Of a stretch of 64,000 bases of DNA, positions 24,635-37,600 are shown one piece after another. This DNA comes from Macrostomum lignano (taxonomy: Eukaryota): the NCBI GenBank assembly GCA_002269645.1, contig NIVC01002731.1, positions 62,001-126,000 of the forward strand, in the 5' to 3' direction. The notes under the pieces are model-generated. The model was not told the DNA's origin. It saw nothing but the letters and a program-made list of their open reading frames with translations, and searched no databases. Every line of letters starts with the position of its first letter. Position 1 is the stretch's first letter. The position numbers were made by a program, and so were the translations under genes.

Positions 24635-26000
24635 ACAACAACAACAACAGAGTACGCTGCCGGATCGCAAAAGCAGCGTCAGATGGCACGCTTCAAGGCT
24701 TGGGCGCGAACAAAGGCCGCACCGCCGGCAGGGTCCGGGGCGCCGGCGTCAGCCAGCAGACAGTCGACGTAGCGCCGTGTCCTCGCCTGTCCCCGCCGGT
24801 AGGGTGCCTGCAACGTAAGTAGCAGCACCTCCTGCACCGGCTCTGGACAGTAGGCCTCGGCGCGGATGACGTGGCCTGCCAGCTGGAGTCGCCGACGGCG
24901 CAGCAGATCGCTAGGACGGGCCAGGCCGGCGCGATGATAGAGCGCCGTGTTGGTGACTCGCTCGTTGCCGATCTTGAAGGCGGCGCGCAGCAGGCCAATG
25001 GCGCACATCGTCGCCATTCCAAAGAAGCCGGGCACCACCAAGCTCGAGGAGCATCGAGGCATCTGCCTACAGTCCTGCGCCGCGAAGCTGTTCAACCGCA
25101 TGCTGCTATCGCGGCTACAGCCTGTGCTGGACCCGTACCTGCGGCCTGAGCAGAACGGATTCCGGCCCCATCGCGGCACAGTGACGCAGATCCTGGCTCT
25201 TCGGCGAGTCATCGAGGAGGCGCGCATCCGCCAGTTGACCCTGATCCTGATCTTCGTCGATTTCAGGAAGGCCTTCGACTCGGTCGTGAGGGACGCGCTC
25301 CCAGAGGTGCTCCGTGCGTACAACGTGCCAGAGCTGCTGATTTCTGCTGTCATGGCGCTGTACCACGGCACGACGGCTGCTGTCTCAACACCGGACGGCC
25401 TATCGGATTTCTTCGGGACATCCTCCGGGGTGCTCCAGGGAGATACGCTAGCGCCGTTCCTATTTATTCTGGTGCTTGACTGGGTGCTACGGACTGCTCT
25501 GCCTTCCAACGACGACGGCTTCCTGCTGCGGCGACGCGTGGGTCGACGCCAACCGGAGAGACGGCTCAGCGTGCTTGGCTACGCCGATGACCTCGCCCTG
25601 CTGTCCTCGACCGTCGAGGGCGCCCAACGACAGCTGGATAGGCTGGTTGCCGTTGCGGCGAGCGTCGGCCTGGTGGTCAACACGCAGAAGACCGTCGTGC
25701 TATGCGTGCCGGACGACACCGAGGCTGCAATCTTCTGCCGAGGCGCTGACGGACAGGCGAGTGAGCTTCCAAGATGTCAGCAGTTCGTCTACCTCGGCGG
25801 TCTGGTTCCCGACGTCCGCGAGGATCTGCGGCGTCGCCGAGGACTTGCCTGGGCTGCCTTTCGTTCTATAAGGTCAGTCCTGCAGTCCGAGGCCCTACCG
25901 GACCGCCAGAGGGCGGCGCTGTTCCAGGCGGTGATCGAGACCGTCCTGTTATACAACGCCGAGACCTGGACGCTGACAGACTCGCTCGAGGCTCAAGTCG
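24635..26000 (-). mobile_element. 5'-truncated, 5'-inverted non-LTR retrotransposon (RTE-like). The 3' end and (GTT)n tail are on the minus strand (24635 to about 24995); the RT segment is inverted on the plus strand (about 24996-26000).
   Basis: Plus strand has RT motifs EQNGFRPHRGT, FVDFRKAFDSV, GVLQGDTLAP, LGYADDLAL, FVYLG and YNAETWTL. Minus strand has the ORF2 C-terminus RRRRLQLAGHVIR with a stop at 24679 and a simple-repeat tail. TSD ACTGACAACA at 24625-24634 and 26001-26010. Confidence 0.9.
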
Positions 26001-27067
26001 ACTGACAACACATCTAAGCACTACTGATATCCACTTAGATAACACTGACAACACATCTAAGCACTATACTGATATCCACTTAGGTAACACTGACAAACAT
26101 CTAAGCACTATACTGATATCCACTTAGGTAACACTGACAAACATCTAAGCACTATACTGATATCCACTTAGGTAACACTGACAAACATCTAAGCACTATA
26201 CTGATATCCACTTAGGTAACACTGACAAACATCTAAGCACTATACTGATATCCACTTAGGTAACACTGACAAACATCTAAGCACTATACTGATATCCACT
26301 TAGGTAACACTGACAACACATCTAAGCACTATACTGATATCCACTTAGGTAACACTGACAACACATCTAAGCACTATACTGATATCCACTTAGGTAACAC
26401 TGACAAACATCTAAGCACTATACTGATATCCACTTAGGTAACACTGACAAACATCTAAGCACTATACTGATATCCACTTAGGTAACACTGACAAACATCT
26501 AAGCACTATACTGATATCCACTTAGGTAACACTGACAAACATCTAAGCACTATACTGATATCCACTTAGGTAACACTGACAAACATCTAAGCACTATACT
26601 GATATCCACTTAGGTAACACTGACAAACATCTAAGCACTATACTGATATCCACTTAGGTAACACTGACAAACATCTAAGCACTATACTGATATCCACTTA
26701 GGTAACACTGACAAACATCTAAGCACTATACTGATATCCACTTAGGTAACACTGACAAACATCTAAGCACTATACTGATATCCACTTAGGTAACACTGAC
26801 AAACATCTAAGCACTATACTGATATCCACTTAGGTAACACTGACAAACATCTAAGCACTATACTGATATCCACTTAGGTAACACTGACAAACATCTAAGC
26901 ACTATACTGATATCCACTTAGGTAACACTGACAAACATCTGGGCACCACTGATTTTCACTTAGGTGAAAATTTTCACTGACAAACATCTAGGCACCACTG
27001 ATTTTCACTTAGGTAACACTGACAAACATCTAAGCACTACTGATATCCACTTAGATAACACTGACAA
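26001..27067 (+). repeat. Same satellite, middle part, dominated by one 44-bp variant
   Basis: Tandem copies are directly visible. Confidence 0.95.
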
Positions 27068-27294
27068 CAGGGACAACTAAAACCCTCGGGACGCGAAACG
27101 AGCCAATTCATGGCAAAAAATCTGAGGGGCTCGCTTAAAAGTATTGTTCTATGGCTCTTTCAAGTCTTATCTGCTATCAGACATTAATGGTTAGATTAAA
27201 TCAATGTCGAGTATTTACTTTAAAGAATAAGAACCAGTGATATAATTACAATTTATTAATTTATAATTACAATTTATAATAAAGTAACCGCCAT

Positions 27295-27730
27295 ATCAAC
27301 AAAAAACTCCAACGGCAAGAAGATAAAAGATGAAAGCAAAGATATAACTCCAACGGCAAGAAGATAAAAGATGAAAGCAAAGATATAACTCCAACGGCAA
27401 GAAGATAAAAGATGAAAGCAAAGATATAACTCCAACGGCAAGAAGATAAAAGATGAAAGCAAAGATATAACTCCAACGGCAAGAAGATAAAAGATGAAAG
27501 CAAAGATATAACTCCAACGGCAAGAAGATAAAAGATGAAAGCAAAGATATAACTCCAACGGCAAGAAGATAAAAGATGAAAGCAAAGATATAACTCCAAC
27601 GGCAAGAAGATAAAAGATGAAAGCAAAGATATAACTCCAACGGCAAGATGATGAAAGCGAAGATGAAACTCCAACGGCAAGAAGATAAAGGATGAAAGCG
27701 AAGATGAAACTCCAACGGCAAGAAGATAGA
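27295..27730 (+). repeat. 41-bp tandem repeat inside the transposon, 3' of the transposase
   Basis: AACTCCAACGGCAAGAAGATAAAAGATGAAAGCAAAGATAT, about 10 copies. Confidence 0.9.
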
Positions 27731-27807
27731 AGCAAATACGGTACTCCAAGGACAAGACGACACAAACAGTCAGTAGCTCGTACATAAAGGAAACGCTGGA
27801 ACTTCAC

Positions 27808-30679
27808 CTACTGAGCATCTAACTTCCGAAGCTTTCTATCATGGGATGTCGTCGGTATTGGTGGGAGTTTTGACGAGCGTCTTACTAGTCCTTTGAAAAA
27901 AACGTTGGCTAGCTGACGAGACACACTGTCCATGCTGAACTGTGTCTTAGTTGGAAAGTAAAAGTCCTTAATAACATAAAACAGCTTCTGCATGCGAGTT
28001 GCGCACGTAGGAGAGTGCAGAATAAAGCTGCTGTAGCAGAGACAGGATAAGTCTAACAGCCATTGTGGAGGATGACAAAGCTTTCCGCGAGATAACTCTT
28101 CAGTGAATTCGCTGGCTGGAATACTTGTCTCTGATATCAAATCTGTTCCTTTGATGCCTTCTTTAGTCGCTGTATAACCTGTCAATTTCCAATAAAGCAC
28201 GGTTTGAATTGTTTTTATGAGATTGTGTAAAACCTCGTTGTGAATTAAATTTTAATTAATATCCAGCTTACCTGCGATATAGTAGAGCGAAGCCATCTCC
28301 GAAATGGAAAGCTCCTCTGATTTCGCAGCATAATTATCAATGGTCGCCAGTTCAATTTCATTCAGCTGTTCATTCCAACATTTGCTCCGATCGTGCTTGT
28401 AGTCTGCTAATTCAAGGGATGCGAATAACTTCATTCGTCGGAGTCGAGCACTGAGCAGCACTTGCTCCACAGATACATAGTAGTTGCCGCCGCTCATTTG
28501 GCGATACACGCCAAACTCAGCCTCAAGTGGATCACTGTGAAAGTCAGCCAGCAGAACGTAGCTGATTCGTGGGTCGGACAAAAGAACCTCACACATCTCA
28601 CAGGCTCCGCGCAGTGAGTTTACTAGCGCTGACTTGGTCTCGGGCGTCAATGAATGATGGCGAGCTCGGCCTTTTCCACAATGTGTCGAATCAAACGAAT
28701 CCGCGAGCGCGCTAAGAAATTGTATGCTTTCATCTTGAACGGAATAGACTGGTCGCCTGTCCGGATCCCGTAGTTGTGCATGTAGATCAGGATTTTTACA
28801 ATTGACAATTTTCCAGAATCTCACTATGGTTTTGATAAATTCCGCAGTGTCTGAGTATCCATCACACTTCAATGCAGCGACAACCCTTTCATCGAGAACT
28901 TGGAGAGCGAGACTGACTTTAGTTTTCTGAATGCTTGTGGGATAACAGGCCTCATGAGTTAGACATGTGCGCTTGACTACGTGGTCTTTCTCCATTTGGT
29001 ACAGGCGTACCACGTCTGACCATTTAGCGGATATCTGTCTGTCAGCGCCAGGAGGTTGAATGCTCAGAATTCCATTCGCTTCCATTTGCCAATTGTTGCG
29101 AATGCATTTGATAATGTGAACGAAATCGAACAGCATGAAGAATTCCGACTCCTGTGCAGCATCCGTTCCAATCCATGGCTTCTCTCTTCCATCGCTAAAT
29201 AAAGCAAAACACTTGCGGTTGGTGGGTGATTGTCGCTGATCAGAGCAATGACACGACCACCGTTGTTGTTAATTGCTTTAATGCATTGGCTGATGCATTT
29301 TTGCAGAAACTCCGCAGACAAAATGTATGTCGGCAATAGTCGGACTACAAACGGTTTTCCACCAAGTAATGGCTTTACCATTATAGCCAAAATTGTCCTA
29401 GCAACCTGGTCCGGATCGTCGACGGCTCGACCCAGAAGGTGACGGCATCGATATCGAACGGACGGTTGTATGTACATTTCGTCAAACATAATTACGCAGG
29501 TTCGCTGAGCTCCTGATAGACTAGCAAAAACTGACTGGATCACATCGGCTGCGTCGGTTTCTGTGCCAACTTCTCCTGTACCTGCTAGTTGCAGCTGCAG
29601 CGTTCGGGGATGAGGCAATGGCAATAGCTTCCGTAGGTAAGAGTAAGCCGAACTACTGATCAAGTAGAGCAATGCTGACTGTCGCACTAGTGAAATGTCA
29701 TAGCAGCGATTGTTCCGATTTACTAATGTAAGGCTAAGTTGTCGAATCAAAAACTGAAGCGACGGATCCAAATCAGAGTCAGAATCTATATCATCACTGA
29801 TTCTACTAACAAACGCTTCGACTTCACGTTGGGGATTGGCGTCGGAATTTTTGCACCACACGACAACAGCATCCAGTTGCGACCAGCGCTTGAGTGTTGG
29901 TTGAAATCCCAACAAGTCTCGAACCGAAATCGGTGTATGCAGTTTGAATGCACGAATCAGAAAGTTGGGTGAGACAAAAATTCGAACAGACAGGTCTCCA
30001 TCTTTATCTAACGTAAACAAGTAAACGTCTTCGTTCAGAATAGCTGTGTTCAGTGCATGTCGAGATACAACATCCGAATTTTTCACCTCAGCTCGAAAAC
30101 TTTCCCATGCCGGCAAAAAATCAAGCAGCTGAAAAGCGTCCATCTCATCGATGTCGCCGCACCTCGCGTCAGAAAGAACACCGCGCTTTTCGGCCTATCG
30201 GTCCTGGTCTAAAATAAGAGTAAAAATAAAAGTAAGATAATTGTGAGCGGCAAAATCGATATAGACGCTAAGTGTTGAGCAATCTTTAAGTTACGTACCT
30301 TGGTTCTGAACAAAACACGAGCTAGGAACTCCATTAAAAACAGAAGGAGGATTAATTGGCCTTTCGGTAGAGTTTTTCTTGACCATTGGAGCATCGCTTG
30401 GCCAATGCTTTACGCACACGCCCATATTGTCAGTCACTCTCTAAAATAATAAATTTTGGGTTTCAAGTTGTTTGGACGAACTGGCATGCAGAATTGAAGC
30501 GGAATTATGCAGCAGTAATGACAGCAAATGATCTGGTTTCTTACCTGGAGAATATTTGGCAGCGTCTTTCTCCATCGCTCTCGCTCCTGTGGATCTCTGG
30601 GAAACGCAAATATCCGTGTTCGAACAGCTTCAGAGTTGTAATTTGACGAGCACGGAAATACGCTGCACTTTCTTGGCAT
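27808..30679 (-). pseudogene. THAP-domain P-element-type transposase, 4 exons (30679-30545, 30440-30299, 30208-28272, 28178-27808), with an in-frame TAG at 30195-30197 and a -1 frameshift near 29225
   Basis: THAP signature CSVFPC...FAFPRD...W...VCVKHW...PSVF. Transposase motifs CVIMFDEMYI, FDFVHIIKCIRNNW and SDPLEAEFGVYRQMSGGN. All introns are GT-AG with matching phases. Confidence 0.85.
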
Positions 30680-31620
30680 TTCATCAAGTGAATAAAAAAT
30701 GCTTCTCTTGATATAGTTCAGCTTAGCTTCACTGCTGGCCGCAGCTAAAGCAATTTTAATTTGCCTGATAGCAGAGAAGACTTGAAAAAGCCATAGAACA
30801 ATACTTTTAAGCGAGCCCCTCAGATTTTTTGCCATGAATTGGCTCGTTTCGCGTCCCGAGGGTTTTAGTTGTCCCTGACTGACAAACATCTAGGCACCAC
30901 TGACATCCGTTTAAGAAACACAGGCTACGCTGACTTCTGTACTCTGATACTCTGACAATCTACATTTAGATTTTTAGACTGAATAATCCACCTGTACTAA
31001 ACCAATTCTCACTAAAGCATTGAACACGAAGACTGTTTTTAAACTTGTGATATACTATACTACTGTCTAAGTAATATCAAAGATAAAGTTCGGTAACTTT
31101 TTTTGAACCACCCTTTCCCTCGTCTTGTTAAAACACCAACGGTACCAATAATGTGTACAGCGCGCTGGTCAATGTCCATGACCAAAATGGTGCAAACTTT
31201 GGATCCAACCGTATTGGCTCCTGTGAAGCTGGGTGGCTGGCTAACGCTGGGTGAATGCTGTTCTCTTAACCAGATGGAGGACATTCGGTACTGTTCCCCA
31301 CGGTACGCCGCGTACCTTGCAGTACTGAACTGGACTACCAAGTTTCCACAGACAGTTTTGCAGACCCTCCAATGCTAACCTGAAAACCCCAGGCATGCTG
31401 GTTCCCCTTGCTTTCTCTCTTCCTTCCTTCCTTCCTTCCTTCCACCCTTCTGAAGCACTGCCTTTCACTTCCCTCGAAGCTACGCTGCTTTTTCCTCGAC
31501 TTTCAAATCTCCCAATACTGTCTTATAGTTCCTCTCTCTGCAGTTTTTTAACCTCAGTCAAAGCTGCAAGCGATCAAGCTTTTCCATAGCTAGAACTTTA
31601 TCAGCGATTGAAGAGCAATT

Positions 31621-34600
31621 ATGCATCAGAGGTGGCTGCTGCTGCAGCTGCTCCTGCTGATGACCATCACCTGGGGAGCACTGGCCCAGGGTTCATCTCC
31701 TGCGGTGAGTTCACGACTGACTGACTGACTGACTGACTGACTGACTGACTTGGAGTGAGTGGGTGACTGACTTGAGTGAGTGGGTGACTGACTGACTGAC
31801 TGACTGACTGACTTGAGTGAGTGGATGACTGACTGACTGACTGACTGACTGACTGACTTGAGTGAGTGGGTGACTGACTGACTGACTGACTTGAGTGAGT
31901 GGGTGACTGACTGACTGACTGACTGACTGACTGACTGACTGACTGACTGACTGACTGACTGACTGACTGACTGACTGACTGACTGACTGACTGACTGACT
32001 GACTGACTGACTGACTGACTGACTGACTGACTGACTGACTGACTGACTGACTGACTGACTGACTGACTTGAGTGAGTGAGGTGCTGACTGACTGACTGAC
32101 TGACTGACTGACTGACTGACTGACTGACTGACTAAACATCACTGCAGCGAGGCCCGCCAGGCGAGCCGGGACCGAAGGGTCAACCCGGTGAAGATGGCCG
32201 ACTTGGCATCCCAGGACCTCCGGGCGACCCTGGACCGGTAAGACAGTCGAGTGTTGCTTCAGTTTCGTCATAAAAAGACAGCCAAACAGCCACGATGTGT
32301 TTTTCCCATCCGCAGCCGCCAGACAGGCAGAGAGTGATGCGGACTCTCAGTCGGAGGGCGCCACCAAGGAAGACTCAGAACGGCAGCGCCAGGGCCGGGC
32401 CTGATCTCTCCGCTTTCTCCACCATGATTGTGAAAAGTGTAAGCCTGATTATGATGTCAAATTTGAGTGGGTTTGCTTTAAACTTAGGATCATTCCAGGA
32501 ATGTCAAGGTCCTAATTTATGAGTTTTACTCGTCGATGAGGTCTACTCTCTCTCCTTTGTCCCCCCCTACTCTCCCTCACTACTCATATGCGTCTTCTTG
32601 TCTTTCTTCTCGTTTCTCCCCTCATTTTCTCACATTCTTTACTTTTTCGCTCCCTTTTTATTCTCCCTCTCTACTCTCTATCTCTCTCTCTGTCTGTCTC
32701 TCTCTTAAATCTCTAATCTTGCTCCCTCTCTACTCTCCCCCTCTCTACTCTCCCCTTCCCTACTCTCCATATCTAGTCTACCCTCTTCTCTCCCCCTTGA
32801 CTCTCTCCCTCTCTTCCATAGCAGTTGCATGTCGCACGCAGCAGAGCCCAGTACATCAAAGCCACAACATCACGTATTAACCATCGCGCAGGGCGAGCCG
32901 GGAGACCGCGGGATCTCCGGTTCGCTCGGTCACGACGGCGCCCCGGGTCCTCGAGGCAAACTCGGTCCAACCGGCGACAAAGGTCGCTGGGGACCGGACG
33001 GGCCGCCGGGACCTCCCGGCATCGAAGGTCGACGAGGTCCTCCAGGTCCCAGCGGGCCGGATGGACCCGAGGGACCCTTGGGGCCGCCAGGTCCCACCGG
33101 TGTACCCGGAGAACTTGGCAAAGTCGGCGATAAAGGAATCAAGGGCACTAAGGTATGTTATACTCTATTAAACAAATATTTCACCTTTAGTAAGTGCTTT
33201 AGTAAGATTCGTAACTGTTAGACATCCCCTAGACTGCTAGACACAGATCCCCTGCTTGTTAGACACAGATCCCCTGTCCTGTTAGACAGATCCCTAGTCT
33301 GTCAGACACAGATCCCTAGCCTGTTAGACACAGATCCCTAGCCTGTTAGACACAGATCCCCAGCCTGTTAGACACAGAGCCCTAGCCTGTTAGACACAGA
33401 TCCCAGCCTGTTAGACACGGATTCCCCAGCCTGTTAGACACAGATCCGTAGCCTGTTAGACACGGATTCCCCAGCCTGTTAGACACAGATCCGTAGCCTG
33501 TTAGACACGGATTCCCCAGCCTGTTAGACACAGATCCGTAGCCTGTTAGACACGGATTCCCCAGCCTGTTAGACACAGATCCGTAGCCTGTTAGACACGG
33601 ATTCCCCAGCCTGTTAGACACAGATCCCCCTGCTTGTTCGAGAGTATAAAAATCGCCAATCCGCACCCCAAGGGCCTTCTTGGCGTGCAAGGCCTGGCCG
33701 GCGAGCAGGGCGTCAAAGGCTACAAAGGTACAACGGGGTCGCTCGGCCCCGCCGGACGAAAAGGAGACAAAGGCAACCCCGGGGATATCGGACCTCGGGG
33801 TCAGGCAGGCCAGACCGGCCCAACCGGACAGCGCGGACCGGAGGGCAGCCAGGGATCGGCCGGACCCAGGGGCAAAAAGGGCAGTCAAGGCGCGACCGGC
33901 AGGTGCGAAAAACTACATTGAGTACTTTATGACAGTACAGCAAATCTGTGAAACCTCTTAAAGAAAATTTTTTATTTGCTCGAGTTGAAATCTCCCAGCA
34001 AAGAGCAAATTTCTTTCAGATATGTTTACACTGCTTCTCAGATCCTTCACAGATCATTCACAGGTATTTAATAGATCCTTTACAGATCGTTCACAAATCA
34101 TTCGCAAATCATGCACAGAACATTCGCAGATCTTTCACATATCATTCACAGATCGTTCACAGATCATGCACAGATCGTTCACAGATCATGCACAGATCTT
34201 TCACAGATCATGCACAGATCATTCACAGATATTTCACAGATCATTCACAGATTGTTCACAGATCATTCACAGATCATTCACAGATCATTCACAGATCATT
34301 CAAAGATCATTCACAGATCATTCACAGATTGTTCACAGATCGTTCACAGATCACTCACAGATCATTCACAGATCAAAAGCGATTGTTTTTCACCCTCCAT
34401 GGCAGGAGCGGCGAGCTCGGACCCAAAGGACCAGGCGGAGACCGCGGCCTCGCCGGCATCAAGGGCCTGATCGGTCCTGCCGGACCCATTGGCAACGCTG
34501 GCGCCGCGGGCCAGACCGGAAGCGCCGGAGCTCAGGGACCGGACGGCGTGCCCGGTCTGACAGGCGCCGTCGGTATCCAGGGCAGCAAAGGCGATCGGGG

Positions 34601-37600
34601 AGTTGTCGGCGTCGAAGGTCCGAAAGGCATGGTGGGCGACTTGGGGCGTCCGGGCGACAGTGGACTGGAGGGTGAAACAGGATCTAAGGGAATCAGGTGA
34701 GCAAGTAACTGAACAGCTTGTTGCAGCTTTGGATGCAAAATTTTAGTTCGTGTACAAATTTAAAAAAAATTGAATCAACTGTGAGGTTCTTAACGAAACT
34801 GTGAGGCTCTCGACTAAGCTGTGAGGCTCTCGACTAAGCTGCGGGGCTCTCTACTAAGCTGTGGGGCTCTCTACTAAGCTGTGGGGCTTCTACTAAGCTA
34901 TAGGGCTCTCTACTAAGCTTTGGAGCTTTCTACTAAGTTTTGGGGCTTCTACTAAGCTTTGGGGCTCTCTACTAATCTGTGGGGCTCTACTAAACTAGTA
35001 GAGCTAAACTAAGTTGCGTAACTCTTTACCAAGTATATGAGGCTCTCGACTTGACTTAACGTGAGACAGTTTAGTTTCAAACTATGCATATGGGAATGGG
35101 ACTCTCGATTACATATGCGGTTTATAGATAAACTGCAGCTATAATTAGTACTCGAATCCATTGCGCAGAGGCGAAGTTGGCGATATCGGCGACACGGGCG
35201 ACGGCGGAAACGGCGGCCTACAGGGTCAGCTGGGCGCCGCTGGGCCACGCGGTCTGGTTGGCAGCAAGGGACCGATTGGAGGTTCCGGAGAGGTTGGCTT
35301 GATTGGGCGGCCGGGTGACATTGGCCACAGGGGCTTGCCGGGAGCACCTGGGCTACCCGGCGACGTGGGCGACCCTGGGTCTAGCGGCGAAGATGGTGAA
35401 AAAGGCCCAAGTGGCGACGCTGGTCTGCAGGGTCAAAAAGGACCGATTGGAGAGCGAGGTCGGAAGGGTCCGGATGGCAGACAAGGTAAGAAGAGGCTCT
35501 GGACTGTAGTTCGGGCTCTCGACTAAGAATTTGTGCTGTTCAACCAGACGTTTGGGCTCTGGATCATATATTTTAGCATGGTGATTAGCATTAGACTTTC
35601 ATTAGGCTCTTAGCAAAGCGTTTGGGCTTTTAATAGATCAGAAAGCTGTCGGCCAATAGCTGTTTGTTTACCTGGGTGTTTTGGCATTTGTAGTATTTAG
35701 TAATCAAATCAAATTTAGACTCTCTGAACAAGCTCAGCCAACTCAAGAAACTCAATCAGTTGAACATTACAACAAAATATTTGGGACGTTTAACTAAAAT
35801 TTGGGGCTCTAGACTAAAAAATGGGGCTGTCGTCTAAACTCTGGGTCTCTTGGCTAAAATTTGCGGCTCTCGACTAAATCTCGTTGCTCTTGGGTAAAAT
35901 TTGAGGCTTTCAACTATTTTTAAAGTTTTTAAACAAAAACAGGAAGCTCTCGACTTAGATGAGGCTTTCGACTAAAATTTGGGGCTCTTTGGTATAGAAT
36001 TTAAGGCTTTAGACTGGTTCTTTAGATTTAAATATGGAGCTCGCGACTAAGATTTGGGGCTCTCGACTAAAAGTTGGGCTCTCGGGTAAAATTTGATCTT
36101 TGAGGCTTTCTACTACTAAGACCTAAATTATTACTATGGACAAGGTGTCGACCATTATTTTAAGGTTAGGTACATCAGTTGACAAAGGTAATGACAGCAA
36201 TGTTAACGAACCAACAGGTTTTGACGGCAAGCAGGGCGACGCTGGTCAGGTTGGCAGGGTTGGCCGCCTCGGCGCCACCGGCTTCTCCGGCGAGATCGGC
36301 GCCGCTGGACCCCCCGGCCCTCAAGGCACGCGCGGCGAGACCGGCCTGCTTGGTAGCGACGGCACAATGGGACCTCGCGGAGCGCCAGGCACTGAGGGCG
36401 AGCGCGGCGGACGGGGCACGCAGGGTGCTCAGGTAAAGTGCACATTTCGCACTTTTGCACCTTGCCGTGGGCTGGTTGTGCCGTTTGCCCTCATTGAGAG
36501 TCGATTTACCCGCAGGGTCGTCTGGGTCCGCCCGGCGACAAAGGCGCCCGCGGAGCGTCCGGAAAAAGAGGCGCCGACGGCGCCCTCGGTCGAGTCGGTC
36601 AGCAGGGCGCCGACGGCAAGGCTGGCGCCGCTGGTCCGCGCGGATTCGGTGGCTCTCGCGGCGAAATCGGACCGCGCGGCGCCCCCGGACTGCCCGGCGT
36701 TGTTGGCGAGCCGGGCGCCCCAGGCGGCCCGGGCAAACCCGGAGAGAAAGGGCCAAACGGCGAGATGGGATTGGTCGGCGCCACGGGCTTCAAAGGCGAG
36801 AAAGGCGACGCGGGGCCACAGGGCCTGCCAGGCATCGCGGGCGTCCTCGGCCGCACCGGCGCCACGGGGCCTAGCGGAGAGAAGGGCGCCCAGGGCGCGA
36901 AGGGCCGCCAGGGCCCCATAGGCCAGGCTGGCCCCGAAGGTCTCGAAGGCAAGCTGGGCCCCGAGGGTGTGCCGGGAGTCTGGGGCGTCGCCGGGATCAA
37001 AGGCGAGAACGGCGACGTCGGACCGATCGGCCGCAAAGGCGACATTGGCGGCGAAGGACTACCCGGGATGCTGGGCGACCCAGGAGACCTGGGACCTCCT
37101 GGGCCGCCCGGCCGGTCCGGGGTGACCGGAGCCAGGGGCGAGCCCGGCGTTCCGGGACTTCAGGTAATGCCGTTATTTCGATAGTACTTGCGCCTACTTA
37201 AAGTAGCAGTTATCGGGTATTTACGAGCTATTAAGTTGGCAAATTAAATGAACAAATCTTTGAATTAAACTATGGCTTTTGGGGATACTCTGAAACTCTA
37301 ATGACACAATTCTGACACTACTGACACAATTCAGACACTCTACTGACACAATTCTGACACTCTACTGACACAATTCAGACACTATTGATACAATTCACAC
37401 ACTCTACTGACACAATTCTGACACTCTACTGACACAATTCAGACACTCTACTGACACAATTCAGACACTCTACTGACACAATTAAACACACTCTACTGAC
37501 ACAATTCAGACACTCTACTATATATAATGATCTGTGAAACTACTCGAAGTAGCTTCAAAGCAAACGAAAAAAAACAAAATAAAAATCGGATCGAATCTCA

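Larger units (their letters stand above)
27068..30877 (-). mobile_element. Complete P-element-superfamily DNA transposon, 3810 bp, with 113-bp TIRs and an 8-bp TSD (ACTGACAA)
   Basis: TIRs 27068-27180 and 30765-30877 start with CAGGGACAAC and differ at 2 positions. TSD at 27060-27067 and 30878-30885. Encodes a THAP transposase. Confidence 0.92.

Noticed and set aside
24010-27067. Regular ~44-bp repeats resembling a CRISPR array
   Set aside because: The units are contiguous with no unique spacers, there are no cas genes, and the context is eukaryotic
27267-27807. Hydrophobic repeat ORFs suggesting a membrane protein
   Set aside because: Antisense translations of the 41-bp repeat inside the transposon
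32822-32891. Extra telopeptide-like coding segment (QYIKA) before collagen B exon 4
   Set aside because: No acceptor gives a phase consistent with both neighbours, and starting at 32892 already yields the canonical 338 triplets; cDNA is needed
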